From positions 1-38,168 of the forward strand of contig NIVC01004684.1 in NCBI GenBank assembly GCA_002269645.1: 38,168 nucleotides of DNA, given 5' to 3'. Both the position numbers and the translations under genes were made by a program. This document shows, piece by piece, positions 1 to 12,053 of the stretch (positions are counted from its first letter, which is position 1; every line of letters starts with the position of its first letter). Origin of the DNA: Macrostomum lignano (Eukaryota). Under the pieces are notes generated by a model. That model was not told the origin of the DNA. It did no database searches and saw nothing but the letters and a program-made list of their open reading frames with translations.

Positions 1-3000
1 CAGTTTTCAGCTTCGTACTCACAATGGTTCCTGTCGAAGTACACTAAAGTACTTTCTGCATATTAATGTACTGAGCAGGGGGGGGGGCTTGGGAGTCTGT
101 AAGTTCGAGTAGGGAACAGATGGAGCCTTGGCGTCTTGCAGGCTTCTAGATTGATAATGTTTCCTTCCAGATCTCAGTTTTCAGCTTCGTACTCACAATG
201 GTTCCTGTCGAAGTACACTAAAGTACTTTCTGCAGCTGAGTGTACTGAGCAGGGGGGACTTGGGAGTCTGTAAGTTCGAGTAGGGAACAGATGGAGCCTT
301 GGCGTCTTGTAGGCTTCTAGATTGATAATGTTTCCTTCCAGATCTCAGTTTTCAGCTTCGTACTCACAATGGTTCCTGCCGAAGTACACTAAAGTACTTT
401 CTGCATATTAATGTACTGAGCAGGGGACTTGGAGTCTGTAAGTTCGAGCAAGGAACAGATGGAGCCTTGGCGTCTTGCAGGCTTCTAGATTGATAATGTT
501 TCCTTCCAGATCTCAGTTTTCAGCTTCGTACTCACAATGGTTCCTGTCGAAGTACACTAAAGTACTTTCTGCATATTAATGTACTGAGCAGGGGGGACTT
601 GGGAGTCTGTAAGTTCGAGTAGGGAACGGATGGAGCCTTGGCGTCTTGCAGGCTTCTAGATTGATCGTACTCACAATGGTTCCTGTCGAAGTACACTAAA
701 GTACTTTCTGCAGCTGAGTGTACTGAGCAGGGGGGACTTGGGAGTCTGTAAGTTCGAGTAGGGAACAGATGGAGCCTTGGCGTCTTGTAGGCTTCTAGAT
801 TGATAATGTTTCCTTCCAGATCTCAGTTTTCAGCTTCGTACTCACAATGGTTCCTGTCGAAGTACACTAAAGTACTTTCTGCATATTAATGTACTGAGCA
901 GGGGGGGGCTTTGGAGTCTGTAAGTTCGAGTAGGGAACAGATGGAGCCTTGGCGTCTTGTAGGCTTCTAGATTGATAATGTTTCCTTCCAGATCTCAGTT
1001 TTCAGCTTCGTACTCACAATGGTTCCTGTCGAAGTACACTAAAGTACTTTCTGCAGCTGAGTGTACTGAGCAGGGGGACTTGGGAGTCTGTAAGTTCGAG
1101 TAGGGAACAGATGGAGCCTTGGCGTCTTGTAGGCTTCTAGATTGATAATGTTCCTTCCAGATCTCAGTTTTCAGCTTCGTACTCACAATGGTTCCTGTCG
1201 AAGTACACTAAAGTACTTTCTGCAGCTGAGTGTACTGAGCAGGGGGACTTGGGAGTCTGTAAGTTCGAGTAGGGAACAGATGGAGCCTTGGCGTCTTGTA
1301 GGCTTCTAGATTGATAATGTTTCCTTCCAGATCTCAGTTTTCAGCTTCGTACTCACAATGGTTCCTGTCGAAGTACACTAAAGTACTTTCTGCATGATGT
1401 ACTGAGCAGGGGGGACTTGGGAGTCTGTAAGTTCGAGTAGGGAACAGATGGAGCCTTGGCGTCTTGTAGGCTTCTAGATTGATAATGTTTCCTTCCAGAT
1501 CTCAGTTTTCAGCTTCGTACTCACAATGGTTCCTGTCGAAGTACACTAAAGTACTTTCTGCATATTAATGTACTGAGCAGGGGGGACTTGGGAGTCTGTA
1601 AGTTCGAGTAGGGAACAGATGGAGCCTTGGCGTCTTGTAGGCTTCTAGATTGATAATGTTTCCTTCCAGATCTCAGTTTTCAGCTTCGTACTCACAATGG
1701 TTCCTGTCGAAGTACACTAAAGTACTTTCTGCATATTAATGTACTGAGCAGGGGGGACTTGGGAGTCTGTAAGTTCGAGTAGGGAACAGATGGAGCCTTG
1801 GCGTCTTGCAGGCTTCTAGATTGATAATGTTTCCTTCCAGATCTCAGTTTTCAGCTTCGTACTCACAATGGTTCCTGTCGAAGTACACTAAAGTACTTTC
1901 TGCAGCTGAGTGTACTGAGCAGGGGGGACTTGGGAGTCTGTAAGTTCGAGTAGGGAACAGATGGAGCCTTGGCGTCTTGTAGGCTTCTAGATTGATAATG
2001 TTTCCTTCCAGATCTCAGTTTTCAGCTTCGTACTCACAATGGTTCCTGCGAAGTACACTAAAGTACTTTCTGCATATTAATGTACTGAGCAGGGGGGACT
2101 TGGGAGTCTGTAAGTTCGAGTAGGAACAGATGGAGCCTTGGCGTCTTGTAGGCTTCTAGATTGATAATGTTTCCTTCCAGATCTCAGTTTTCAGCTTCGT
2201 ACTCACAATGGTTCCTGTCGAAGTACACTAAAGTACTTTCTGCATATTAATGTACTGAGCAGGGGGGACTTGGGAGTCTGTAAGTTCGAGTAGGGAACAG
2301 ATGGAGCCTTGGCGTCTTGCAGGCTTTTATATTGATATTGTTTCTTCCAGATCTCAGTTTTAAGCTTCGTACTCACAATGGTTCCTGTCGAAGTACACTA
2401 AAGTACTTTCTGCATATTAATGTACTGAGCGGGGGGACTTGGAGTCTGTAAGTTCGAGTAGGGAACAGATGGAGCCTTGGCGTCTTGTAGGCTTCTAGAT
2501 TGATAATGTTTCCTTCCAGATCTCAGTTTTCAGCTTCGTACTCACAATGGTTCCTGTCGAAGTACACTAAAGTACTTTCTGCAGCTGAGTGTACTGAGCA
2601 GGGGGGGCTTAGGAGTCTGTAAGTTCGAGTAGGGAACAGATGGAGCCTTGGCGTCTTGTAGGCTTCTAGATTGATAATGTTTCCTTCCAGATCTCAGTTT
2701 TCAGCTTCGTACTCACAATGGTTCCTGTCGAAGTACACTAAAGTACTTTCTGCAGCTGAGTGTACTGAGCAGGGGGACTTGGGAGTCTGTAAGTTCGAGT
2801 AGGGAACAGATGGAGCCTTGGCGTCTTGTAGGCTTCTAGATTGATAATGTTTCCTTCCAGATCTCAGTTTTCAGCTTCGTACTCACAATGGTTCCTGTCG
2901 AAGTACACTAAAGTACTTTCTGCAGCTGAGTGTACTGAGCAGGGGGACTTGGGAGTCTGTAAGTTCGAGTAGGAACAGATGGAGCCTTGGCGTCTTGTAG

Positions 3001-6000
3001 GCTTCTAGATTGATAATGTTTCCTTCCAGATCTCAGTTTTCAGCTTCGTACTCACAATGGTTCCTGTCGAAGTACACTAAAGTACTTTCTGCATATTAAT
3101 GTACTGAGCGGGGGGACTTGGGAGTCTGTAAGTTCGAGTAGGGAACAGATGGAGCCTTGGCGTCTTGTAGGCTTCTAGATTGATAATGTTTCCTTCCAGA
3201 TCTCAGTTTTCAGCTTCGTACTCACAATGGTTCCTGTCGAAGTACACTAAAGTACTTTCTGCAGCTGAGTGTACTGAGCAGGGGGACTTGGGAGTCTGTA
3301 AGTTCGAGTAGGGAACAGATGGAGCCTTGGCGTCTTGTAGGCTTCTAGATTGATAATGTTTCCTTCCAGATCTCAGTTTTCAGCTTCGTACTCACAATGG
3401 TTCCTGTCGAAGTACACTAAAGTACTTTCTGCAGCTGAGTGTACTGAGCAGGGGGGACTTGGGAGTCTGTAAGTTCGAGTAGGGAACAGATGGAGCCTTG
3501 GCGTCTTGTAGGCTTCTAGATTGATAATGTTTCCTTCCAGATCTCAGTTTTCAGCTTCGTACTCACAATGGTTCCTGTCGAAGTACACTAAAGTACTTTC
3601 TGCATATTAATGTACTGAGCGGGGGGGACTTGGGAGTCTGTAAGTTCGAGTAGGGAACGGATGGAGCCTTGACGTCTTGCAGGCTTCTAGATTGATCGTA
3701 CTCACAATGGTTCCTGTCGAAGTACACTAAAGTACTTTCTGCAGCTGAGTGTACTGAGCAGGGGGACTTGGGAGTCTGTAAGTTCGAGTAGGGAACAGAT
3801 GGAGCCTTGGCGTCTTGTAGGCTTCTAGATTGATAATGTTTCCTTCCAGATCTCAGTTTTCAGCTTCGTACTCACAATGGTTCCTGTCGAAGTACACTAA
3901 AGTACTTTCTGCATATTAATGTACTGAGCAGGGGGGACTTGGAGTCTGTAAGTTCGAGTAGGGAACAGATGGAGCCTTGGCGTCTTGTAGGCTTCTAGAT
4001 TGATAATGTTTCCTTCCAGATCTCAGTTTTCAGCTTCGTACTCACAATGGTTCCTGTCGAAGTACACTAAAGTACTTTCTGCAGCTGAGTGTACTGAGCA
4101 GGGGGACTTGGGAGTCTGTAAGTTCGAGTAGGGAACAGATGGAGCCTTGGCGTCTTGTAGGCTTCTAGATTGATAATGTTTCCTTCCAGATCTCAGTTTT
4201 CAGCTTCGTACTCACAATGGTTCCTGTCGAAGTACACTAAAGTACTTTCTGCAGCTGAGTGTACTGAGCAGGGGGACTTGGGAGTCTGTAAGTTCGAGTA
4301 GGGAACAGATGGAGCCTTGGCGTCTTGTAGGCTTCTAGATTGATAATGTTTCCTTCCAGATCTCAGTTTTCAGCTTCGTACTCACAATGGTTCCTGTCGA
4401 AGTACACTAAAGTACTTTCTGCAGCTGAGTGTACTGAGCAGGGGGGACTTGGGAGTCTGTAAGTTCGAGCAGGGAACAGATGGAGCCTTGGCGTCTTGTA
4501 GGCTTCTAGATTGATAATGTTTCCTTCCAGATCTCAGTTTTCAGCTTCGTACTCACAATGGTTCCTGCCGAAGTACACTAAAGTACTTTCTGCATATTAA
4601 TGTACTGAGCAGGGGGGACTTGGGAGTCTGTAAGTTCGAGCAAGGAACAGATGGAGCCTTGGCATCTTGCAGGCTTCTAGATTGATAATGTTTCCTTCCA
4701 GATCTCAGTTTTCAGCTTCGTACTCACAATGGTTCCTGTCGAAGTACACTAAAGTACTTTCTGCATATTAATGTACTGAGCAGGGGGGACTTGGGAGTCT
4801 GTAAGTTCGAGTAGGGAACAGATGGAGCCTTGGCGTCTTGTAGGCTTCTAGATTGATAATGTTTCCTTCCAGATCTCAGTTTTCAGCTTCGTACTCACAA
4901 TGGTTCCTGTCGAAGTACACTAAAGTACTTTCTGCATATTAATGTACTGAGCAGGGGGGACTTGGGAGTCTGTAAGTTCGAGTAGGGAACAGATGGAGCC
5001 TTGGCGTCTTGCAGGCTTCTAGATTGATAATGTTTCCTTCCAGATCTCAGTTTTCAGCTTCGTACTCACAATGGTTCCTGCCGAAGTACACTAAAGTACT
5101 TTCTGCATATTAATGTACTGAGCGGGGGGGACTTGGGAGTCTGTAAGTTCGAGTAGGGAACAGATGGAGCCTTGGCGTCTTGCAGGCTTCTAGATTGATA
5201 ATGTTTCCTTCCAGATCTCAGTTTTCAGCTTCGTACTCACAATGGTTCCTGTCGAAGTACACTAAAGTACTTTCTGCAGCTGAGTGTACTGAGCAGGGGG
5301 ACTTGGGAGTCTGTAAGTTCGAGTAGGGAACAGATGGAGCCTTGGCGTCTTGTAGGCTTCTAGATTGATAATGTTTCCTTCCAGATCTCAGTTTTCAGCT
5401 TCGTACTCACAATGGTTCCTGCCGAAGTACACTAAAGTACTTTCTGCAGCTGATGTACTGAGCAGGGGGACTTGGGAGTCTGTAAGTTCGAGTAGGGAAC
5501 AGATGGAGCCTTGGCGTCTTGTAGGCTTCTAGATTGATAATGTTTCCTTCCAGATCTCAGTTTTCAGCTTCGTACTCACAATGGTTCCTGTCGAAGTACA
5601 CTAAAGTACTTTCTGCATATTAATGTACTGAGCAGGGGGGACTTGGGAGTCTGTAAGTTCGAGCAAGGAACAGATGGAGCCTTGGCGTCTTGCAGGCTTC
5701 TAGATTGATAATGTTTCCTTCCAGATCTCAGTTTTCAGCTTCGTACTCACAATGGTTCCTGTCGAAGTACACTAAAGTACTTTCTGCATATTAATGTACT
5801 GAGCGGGGGGGGGACTTGGGAGTCTGTAAGTTCGAGTAGGGAACAGATGGAGCCTTGGCGTCTTGCAGGCTTTTATATTGATATTGTTTCTTCCAGATCT
5901 CAGTTTTAAGCTTCGTACTCACAATGGTTCCTGTCGAAGTACACTAAAGTACTTTCTGCAGCTGAGTGTACTGAGCAGGGGGGACTTGGGAGTCTGTAAG

Positions 6001-8003
6001 TTCGAGTAGGGAACAGATGGAGCCTTGGCGTCTTGTAGGCTTCTAGATTGATAATGTTTCCTTCCAGATCTCAGTTTTCAGCTTCGTACTCACAATGGTT
6101 TTTGTCGAAGTACACTAAAGTACTTTCTGCAGCTGAGTGTACTGAGCAGGGGGGGCTTAGGAGTCTGTAAGTTCGAGTAGGGAACAGATGGAGCCTTGGC
6201 GTCTTGTAGGCTTCTAGATTGATAATGTTTCCTTCCAGATCTCAGTTTTCAGCTTCGTACTCACAATGGTTCCTGTCGAAGTACACTAAAGTACTTTCTG
6301 CATATTATTGTACCGAGCAGGGGCGACTTGGGAGTCTGTAAGTTCGAGTAGGGAACAGATGGAGCCTTGGCGTCTTGTAGGCTTCTAGATTGATAATGTT
6401 TCCTTCCAGATCTCAGTTTTCAGCTTCGTAGTCACAATGGTTCCTGTCGAAGTACACTAAAGTACTTTCTGCATATTAATGTACTGAGCGGGGGGGGACT
6501 TGGGAGTCTGTAAGTTCGAGTAGGGAACAGATGGAGCCTTGGCGTCTTGCAGGCTTCTAGATTGATAATGTTTCCTTCCAGATCTCAGTTTTCAGCTTCG
6601 TACTCACAATGGTTCCTGCCGAAGTACACTAAAGTACTTTCTGCATATTAATGTACTGAGCGGGGGGGACTTGGGAGTCTGTAAGTTCGAGTAGGGAACG
6701 GATGGAGCCTTGGCGTCTTGCAGGCTTCTAGATTGATAATGTTTCCTTCCAGATCTCAGTTTTCAGCTTCGTACTCACAATGGTTCCTGTCGAAGTACAC
6801 TAAAGTACTTTCTGCATATTAATGTACTGAGCAGGGGGGACTTGGGAGTCTGTAAGTTCGAGTAGGGAACAGATGGAGCCTTGGCGTCTTGTAGGCTTCT
6901 AGATTGATAATGTTTCCTTCCAGATCTCAGTTTTCAGCTTCGTACTCACAATGGTTCCTGTCGAAGTACACTAAAGTACTTTCTGCATATTAATGTACTG
7001 AGCGGGGGGGACTTGGGAGTCTGTAAGTTCGAGTAGGGAACAGATGGAGCCTTGGCGTCTTGTAGGCTTCTATATTGATAATGTTTTTTTCCAGATCTCA
7101 GTTTTCAGCTTCGTACTCACAATGGTTCCTGTCGAAGTACACTAAAGTATTTTCTGCATATTAATGTACTCAGCGGGGGGGACTTGGGAGTCTGTAAGTT
7201 CGAGTAGGGAACAGATGGAGCCTTGGCGTCTTGTAGGCTTCTAGATTGATAATGTTTCCTTCCAGATCTCAGTTTTCAGCTTCGTACTCACAATGGTTCC
7301 TGCCGAAGTACACTAAAGTACTTTCTGCATATTAATGTACTGAGCAGGGGGGACTTGGGAGTCTGTAAGTTCGAGCAAGGAACAGATGGAGCCTTGGCAT
7401 CTTGCAGGCTTCTAGATTGATAATGTTTCCTTTCAGATCTCAGTTTTCAGCTTCGTACTCACAATGGTTCCTGCCGAAGTACACTAAAGTACTTTCTGCA
7501 TATTAATGTACTGAGCGGGGGGGACTTGGGAGTCTGTAAGTTCGAGTAGGGAACGGATGGAGCCTTGGCGTCTTGCAGGCTTCTAGATTGATAATGTTTC
7601 CTTCCAGATCTCAGTTTTCAGCTTCGTACTCACAATGGTTCCTGTCGAAGTACACTAAAGTACTTTCTGCATATTAATGTACTGAGCGGGGGGGGGCTTG
7701 GGAGTCTGTAAGTTCGAGTAGGGAACAGATGGAGCCTTGGCGTCTTGTAGGCTTCTAGATTGATAATGTTTCCTTCCAGATCTCAGTTTTCAGCTTCGTA
7801 CTCACAATGGTTCCTGTCGAAGTACACTAAAGTACTTTCTGCAGCTGAGTGTACTGAGCAGGGGGACTTGGGAGTCTGTAAGTTCGAGTAGGGAACAGAT
7901 GGAGCCTTGGCGTCTTGCAGGCTTCTAGATTGATAATGTTTTCTTCCAGATCTTAGTTTTCAGCTTCGTACTCACAATGGTTCCTGCCGAAGTACACTAA
8001 AGT
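1..8003. repeat. Tandem satellite array, ~170-bp monomer (168-174 bp), ~47 copies; extends beyond the window start
   Basis: CAGTTTTCAGCTTCGTACTCAC recurs at 1, 175, 346, 514 and onward to ~7955. Two main variants (CAGCTGAGTGTACT vs CATATTAATGTACT) and a variable G run. The array ends abruptly at ...ACACTAAAGTA|ATTTTG. Confidence 0.98.
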
Positions 8004-9832
8004 AATTTTGGTGAATAATTACAGGAATTGAACATATTACATGTACAGTTTTTTGGTATATTTATATTGTATCTATGGCATCACCAACAATTGTTGATAG
8101 GTTTTTTAGTTTTATATATATTTGTTTTAAGGTTTTTTAGCTAGAATGTTAAATTTCGGTGTTTTACTTTTAGTTTTCAAATAAGCATTTTAATAGGCAT
8201 TAAGTTATGCTGTAATGTAATTCGCTGAAACGAAATATGTTGAACGCTGTGGTAACGGTTATAATAATTGCTAGAGTTGATTTTTTACTATTTTAGACAT
8301 TTTTGTAGGTTATTTTTCGTTTTTTTACTTGTATTTTTTATTTTATTTTTTGGTACTGGTTCTGGTACTGGTTCTGGTACTGGGAGTATAGACGTCATTT
8401 ATAGTAGTAGTTGGCCTAGTTCATTTTGCTTATTAGGCATTTTGTCTATGATCATTGTTGCCAAAGCAAGAAGTTTTTTAACAAATAATTTCTAAGCCTA
8501 TACAACTCTGACTTTATTTAAATAATATATCCTAATATATAATGTTACGTTTTTGTAGTCATTGTACTTGTAGTCCCAAATTAATGGTGAAGTCAACTCT
8601 TGCAGAGTGGATTGTGTAGCGGTAGCACTTGGCGTATGATGGCAGAGGACTGCCGTAGACTGTTTATTGTCATAGTCAATATGATTAATGTCAATACAAG
8701 AGTTAGGGCCTATAGCGTTCTAAGGCACTAGTGGCTGCAACAATGGGTTGATGTAATTGAAGTTATGAAGTCAAGCAGATGATGAAGGATGATGGTAAAG
8801 CAAAGTAGCAAGTGATGGCGCTGAGTACGGTGGTGGCAGTGAGTAGCAAGTAGACAAGTAGTGGCATGATTGGGCACTAGCCCGTGGCAGTACAAGGTGG
8901 AGCACAAATGTGTAAACAAGTCTGACCCCATAGTCAGGATAATATATATTACACTGGAAATTTCTGGCGTACAATTGAAAATTTTACTTTTTTGGCGTAC
9001 AATTGGCGTAAAAAATGAGGCAAAATATATTTGGCGTAACTTTTGGCATGACGCCGTGGCGTAAATACACCAAGCAGCGTACACTAACTCCAACCTTCAT
9101 GCCAAAGTTAATATTAACAATTGTTGGCATAATGCCGTAACCTAAGAATCTTATTATAAAATCATAAAAACTGTAAAACTTGTAAGATGAAAGTTCATAA
9201 CTATTCATGATTTATAAAAATTTAAAATTCCATGCAAGCTAATTGTGTAATTTTCTAAAAAAACTTAAACAAAAAATTGATTTTTGTTGGCATTATCTGT
9301 AAGCCAATTTACTTTAAATGAAAACCACACATTTGTTAAATTTTTATTGTTAAAAAATGTGTAACACACAAAAAAGGCCATTTATTGTCACAATGCCTAG
9401 AAAACCTGGCGTAAGTTCCTAGACCTTGGCGTACGTTTCAGTATGAAGTGTGGCCATATATGCCCAACTTCAAAATTTCACCCGTCCAGTGCGACTCAGT
9501 TTTGTCCAGATTTGCGATTGCGACTTACCTATGCGCCACCACACTGAAAGACTGGGGGGGGGTAGCATGCGTTGCGTGCTTGTGCTTATTGAAAAATGGA
9601 AGTACCTCATTTCTCTTCTCTTTTCCTACCTTCACTCTCTTTCCCGATTGATTTATCATTTACTTATTCACTTATGCAGTACTAAACTGCACTGTAGCCT
9701 GTACCCTGTAGGCTATACTCCTTATAAACTGTACTGTATGTCTGGCAAACTAACTTGTATATATACATTTGTATATATATATATATATATATAGGTGTAC
9801 ATTCTTTGAGTCATTATATACTTCACTTAAAG

Positions 9833-10490
9833 ATAGACCTGCACCTGACTATGTATTGAATCTTGCACATAAATGGGATGAAAATGGTCATGAAGACTAT
9901 TCCATCAACTAGTGTCCCCTTTCTGCAGCTGAAGAGCGAAAGCCATTGCTCTTTACACGATGGAAACTTGGTCATGTAACTCCTGGAGAAGTTAATGATT
10001 GTTGTGGTGTGCATTGGATATTAGAAGAAAATTTACCAGCAATCTTAAGTGCAGCCTGGGGGATCAGGTAATGGTGCAGCTGCAGCACATTCAAGGGAAC
10101 TAAAAGCACCACCTTCCCAATGTTCAGCAAGCTCACACAGAGAGGGACTGTTAATGGCAGTGCAAAATCCAGAGGTTGTTGCTTTTAACAGAGATCTATA
10201 TATGCAGAATGCAAAAAAATTGAAATTCATGGTGCAGATGCAACAACATTATTCTTCTCGAGTAATGTCAGCTGAGAAGCTGTTTTTGAAATAAAGAAGA
10301 AACTAGAAGTCTTGAGACAGAATTTGTACAATGGCGCATTGCTCATGCTGAATCTATTGCTATAGAATCTTGCCTATCAACTGATGCTGGTACTGAAGCG
10401 CGGATCCAACCACAACACAGCCATTCATTTGGACTCAGATTCGGAGACTGAGACTGATGGCCGAAGAAGTGAGAGTCCTCCAAGAAAAAG
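9833..10490 (+). pseudogene. Degenerate coding-like segment inside the 2.8-kb element (identity unknown)
   Basis: Protein-like reading LKDRPAPDYVLNLAHKWDENGHEDYSIN*CPLS...WKLGHVTPGEVNDCCGVHW, and later LLL*NLAYQLMLVLKRG...LDSDSETETDGRRSESPPRKR. Broken by TAG stops (9910, 10363) and frame changes. No family recognised. Confidence 0.3.
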
Positions 10491-10629
10491 ATATATTTTT
10501 AGTTTATCAAAAGGGATTTTGATGAAATTCAGTCTCATGAAGAGATTTTGATGAAGTTCAGTTTTATGGAGAGATTTTGATAAAGTTCATTTTTACAGAG
10601 AGGATTTCAATGGATTTGGCACATTAAAT

Positions 10630-11270
10630 GAGTCAGAGAAGAGAAAGTATAGAGAAGAGTAAACAAAAAAGGAGAGAGGAGAGTGGAGATGAGAGGGGAG
10701 TTATGAGATAGCAGAGAGGAGACAGGAGAGATAAGAGAAGAAAGGAGGGATAAAAGCATACAGCTGAAATAAAAGAGAGGAGAGAGATGAAAGATCAGAG
10801 ATGATAGAGTTAAGAGAAGAAAGTAGTGAGGAGAAAGAAAGTGGGTAAAGATAAGAGTGCAGAGAGGACAGATGAAAGATGCAATGAGAAAATATATGAT
10901 TGAGAAAATAAGAGAGAGAAGAGATAAGAGATTAGAGAAGAGAAGAGACAAAGGGGAGAAGATAGAATCGAGATGGTAGAAAGGAAGCAAGAAAGATGGG
11001 AGATAAGAAAGGAGAGGGTATAGGAGATATGATAAACAAGAGCAGAGAGGAGAGAGAAAAGAGAAGAGAGAAGGTATAGGAGAGACGATAGATAAGTGAG
11101 TAGAGATGAGATATAAGAGAGGAGAGAAGAGGGGAGAAATAAGAGAGAAGAGAGGAGACAGGAGGCAGGATAGGGTACAGACGAAACATGAGGGAGAAGA
11201 GATAAATGAAGAGGGAGAGTAATAATAGAGAGAGTAACAGCGAGAATGCAGGGAGGAGACATGAAAGTCT
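10630..11270. repeat. GA-rich low-complexity tract
   Basis: Almost pure purine GAGA/GGAGA runs; source of the spurious Leu/Ser-rich minus-strand ORFs. Confidence 0.85.
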
Positions 11271-11378
11271 GAGTCTGGACAATGGAAGTCAGTTTTTGCA
11301 AACAGGGAAAACAAAATATGGTATTTGAAAGGCTTTACAGAGGATTTTAAGACGATTTAGAATATGGGATTCAAGACT

Positions 11379-12053
11379 ACTTAGTTCTCTCGATTGCGAC
11401 TTAGTTCCTCTCGATTGCACTTAGTTCCTCTCGATTGTGACTTAGTTCCTCTCGATTGCACTTTAGTTCCTCCCGATTGCAACTTAGTTCCTCCTGATTG
11501 CGACTTAGTTCCTCCTGATTGCAACTTAGTTCTTCCTGATTGCAACTTAGTTTCTCCCGATTGCAACTTAGTTCCTCCCGATTGTGACTTAGTTCCTCCT
11601 GATTGCGACTTAGTTCTTCCTGATTGCAACTTAGTTTCTCCCAATTGCAACTTAGTTCCTCCTGATTGCAACTTAGTTCCTCCCGATTGTGACTTAGTTC
11701 CTCCTGATTGCAACTTAGTTCTTCCTGATTGCGACTTAGTTTCTCCCAATTGTGACTTAGTTCCTCCCAATTGCGACTTAGTTCCTCCTGATTGCGACTT
11801 AGTTCCTCCTGATTGCAACTTAGTTCTTCCTGATTGCGACTTAGTTTCTCCCGATTGCGACTTAGTTCCTCCCGATTGTGACTTAGTTGCTCTTGATTGC
11901 GACTTAGTTCCTCTCGATTGCAACTTAGTTCCTCCTGATTGCGACTTAGTTCCTCCTGATTGCAACTTAGTTCCTCTCGATTGCAACTTAGTTCCTCCCG
12001 ATTGCAACTTAGTTCCTCTCGATTGCGACTTAGTTCCTCCTAATTGCGACTTA
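11379..12053. repeat. 21-bp minisatellite (TTAGTTCCTCCTGATTGCGAC)n, ~32 copies
   Basis: Directly visible 21-bp period; produces the repeat ORFs 11381-12202 and 11394-12296. Confidence 0.97.

Noticed and set aside
1-8003. Satellite or any minisatellite as a CRISPR array; ORF 995-1186
   Set aside because: Units are contiguous near-identical copies with no unique spacers, there are no cas genes and the context is eukaryotic. The ORF arises from a 1-nt variant within the satellite.
8268-9208. Short ORFs 8268-8495, 8728-9093, 8771-8974, 8870-9064, 8984-9208
   Set aside because: AT-rich or TE-end sequence, several non-ATG starts, no recognisable domain.
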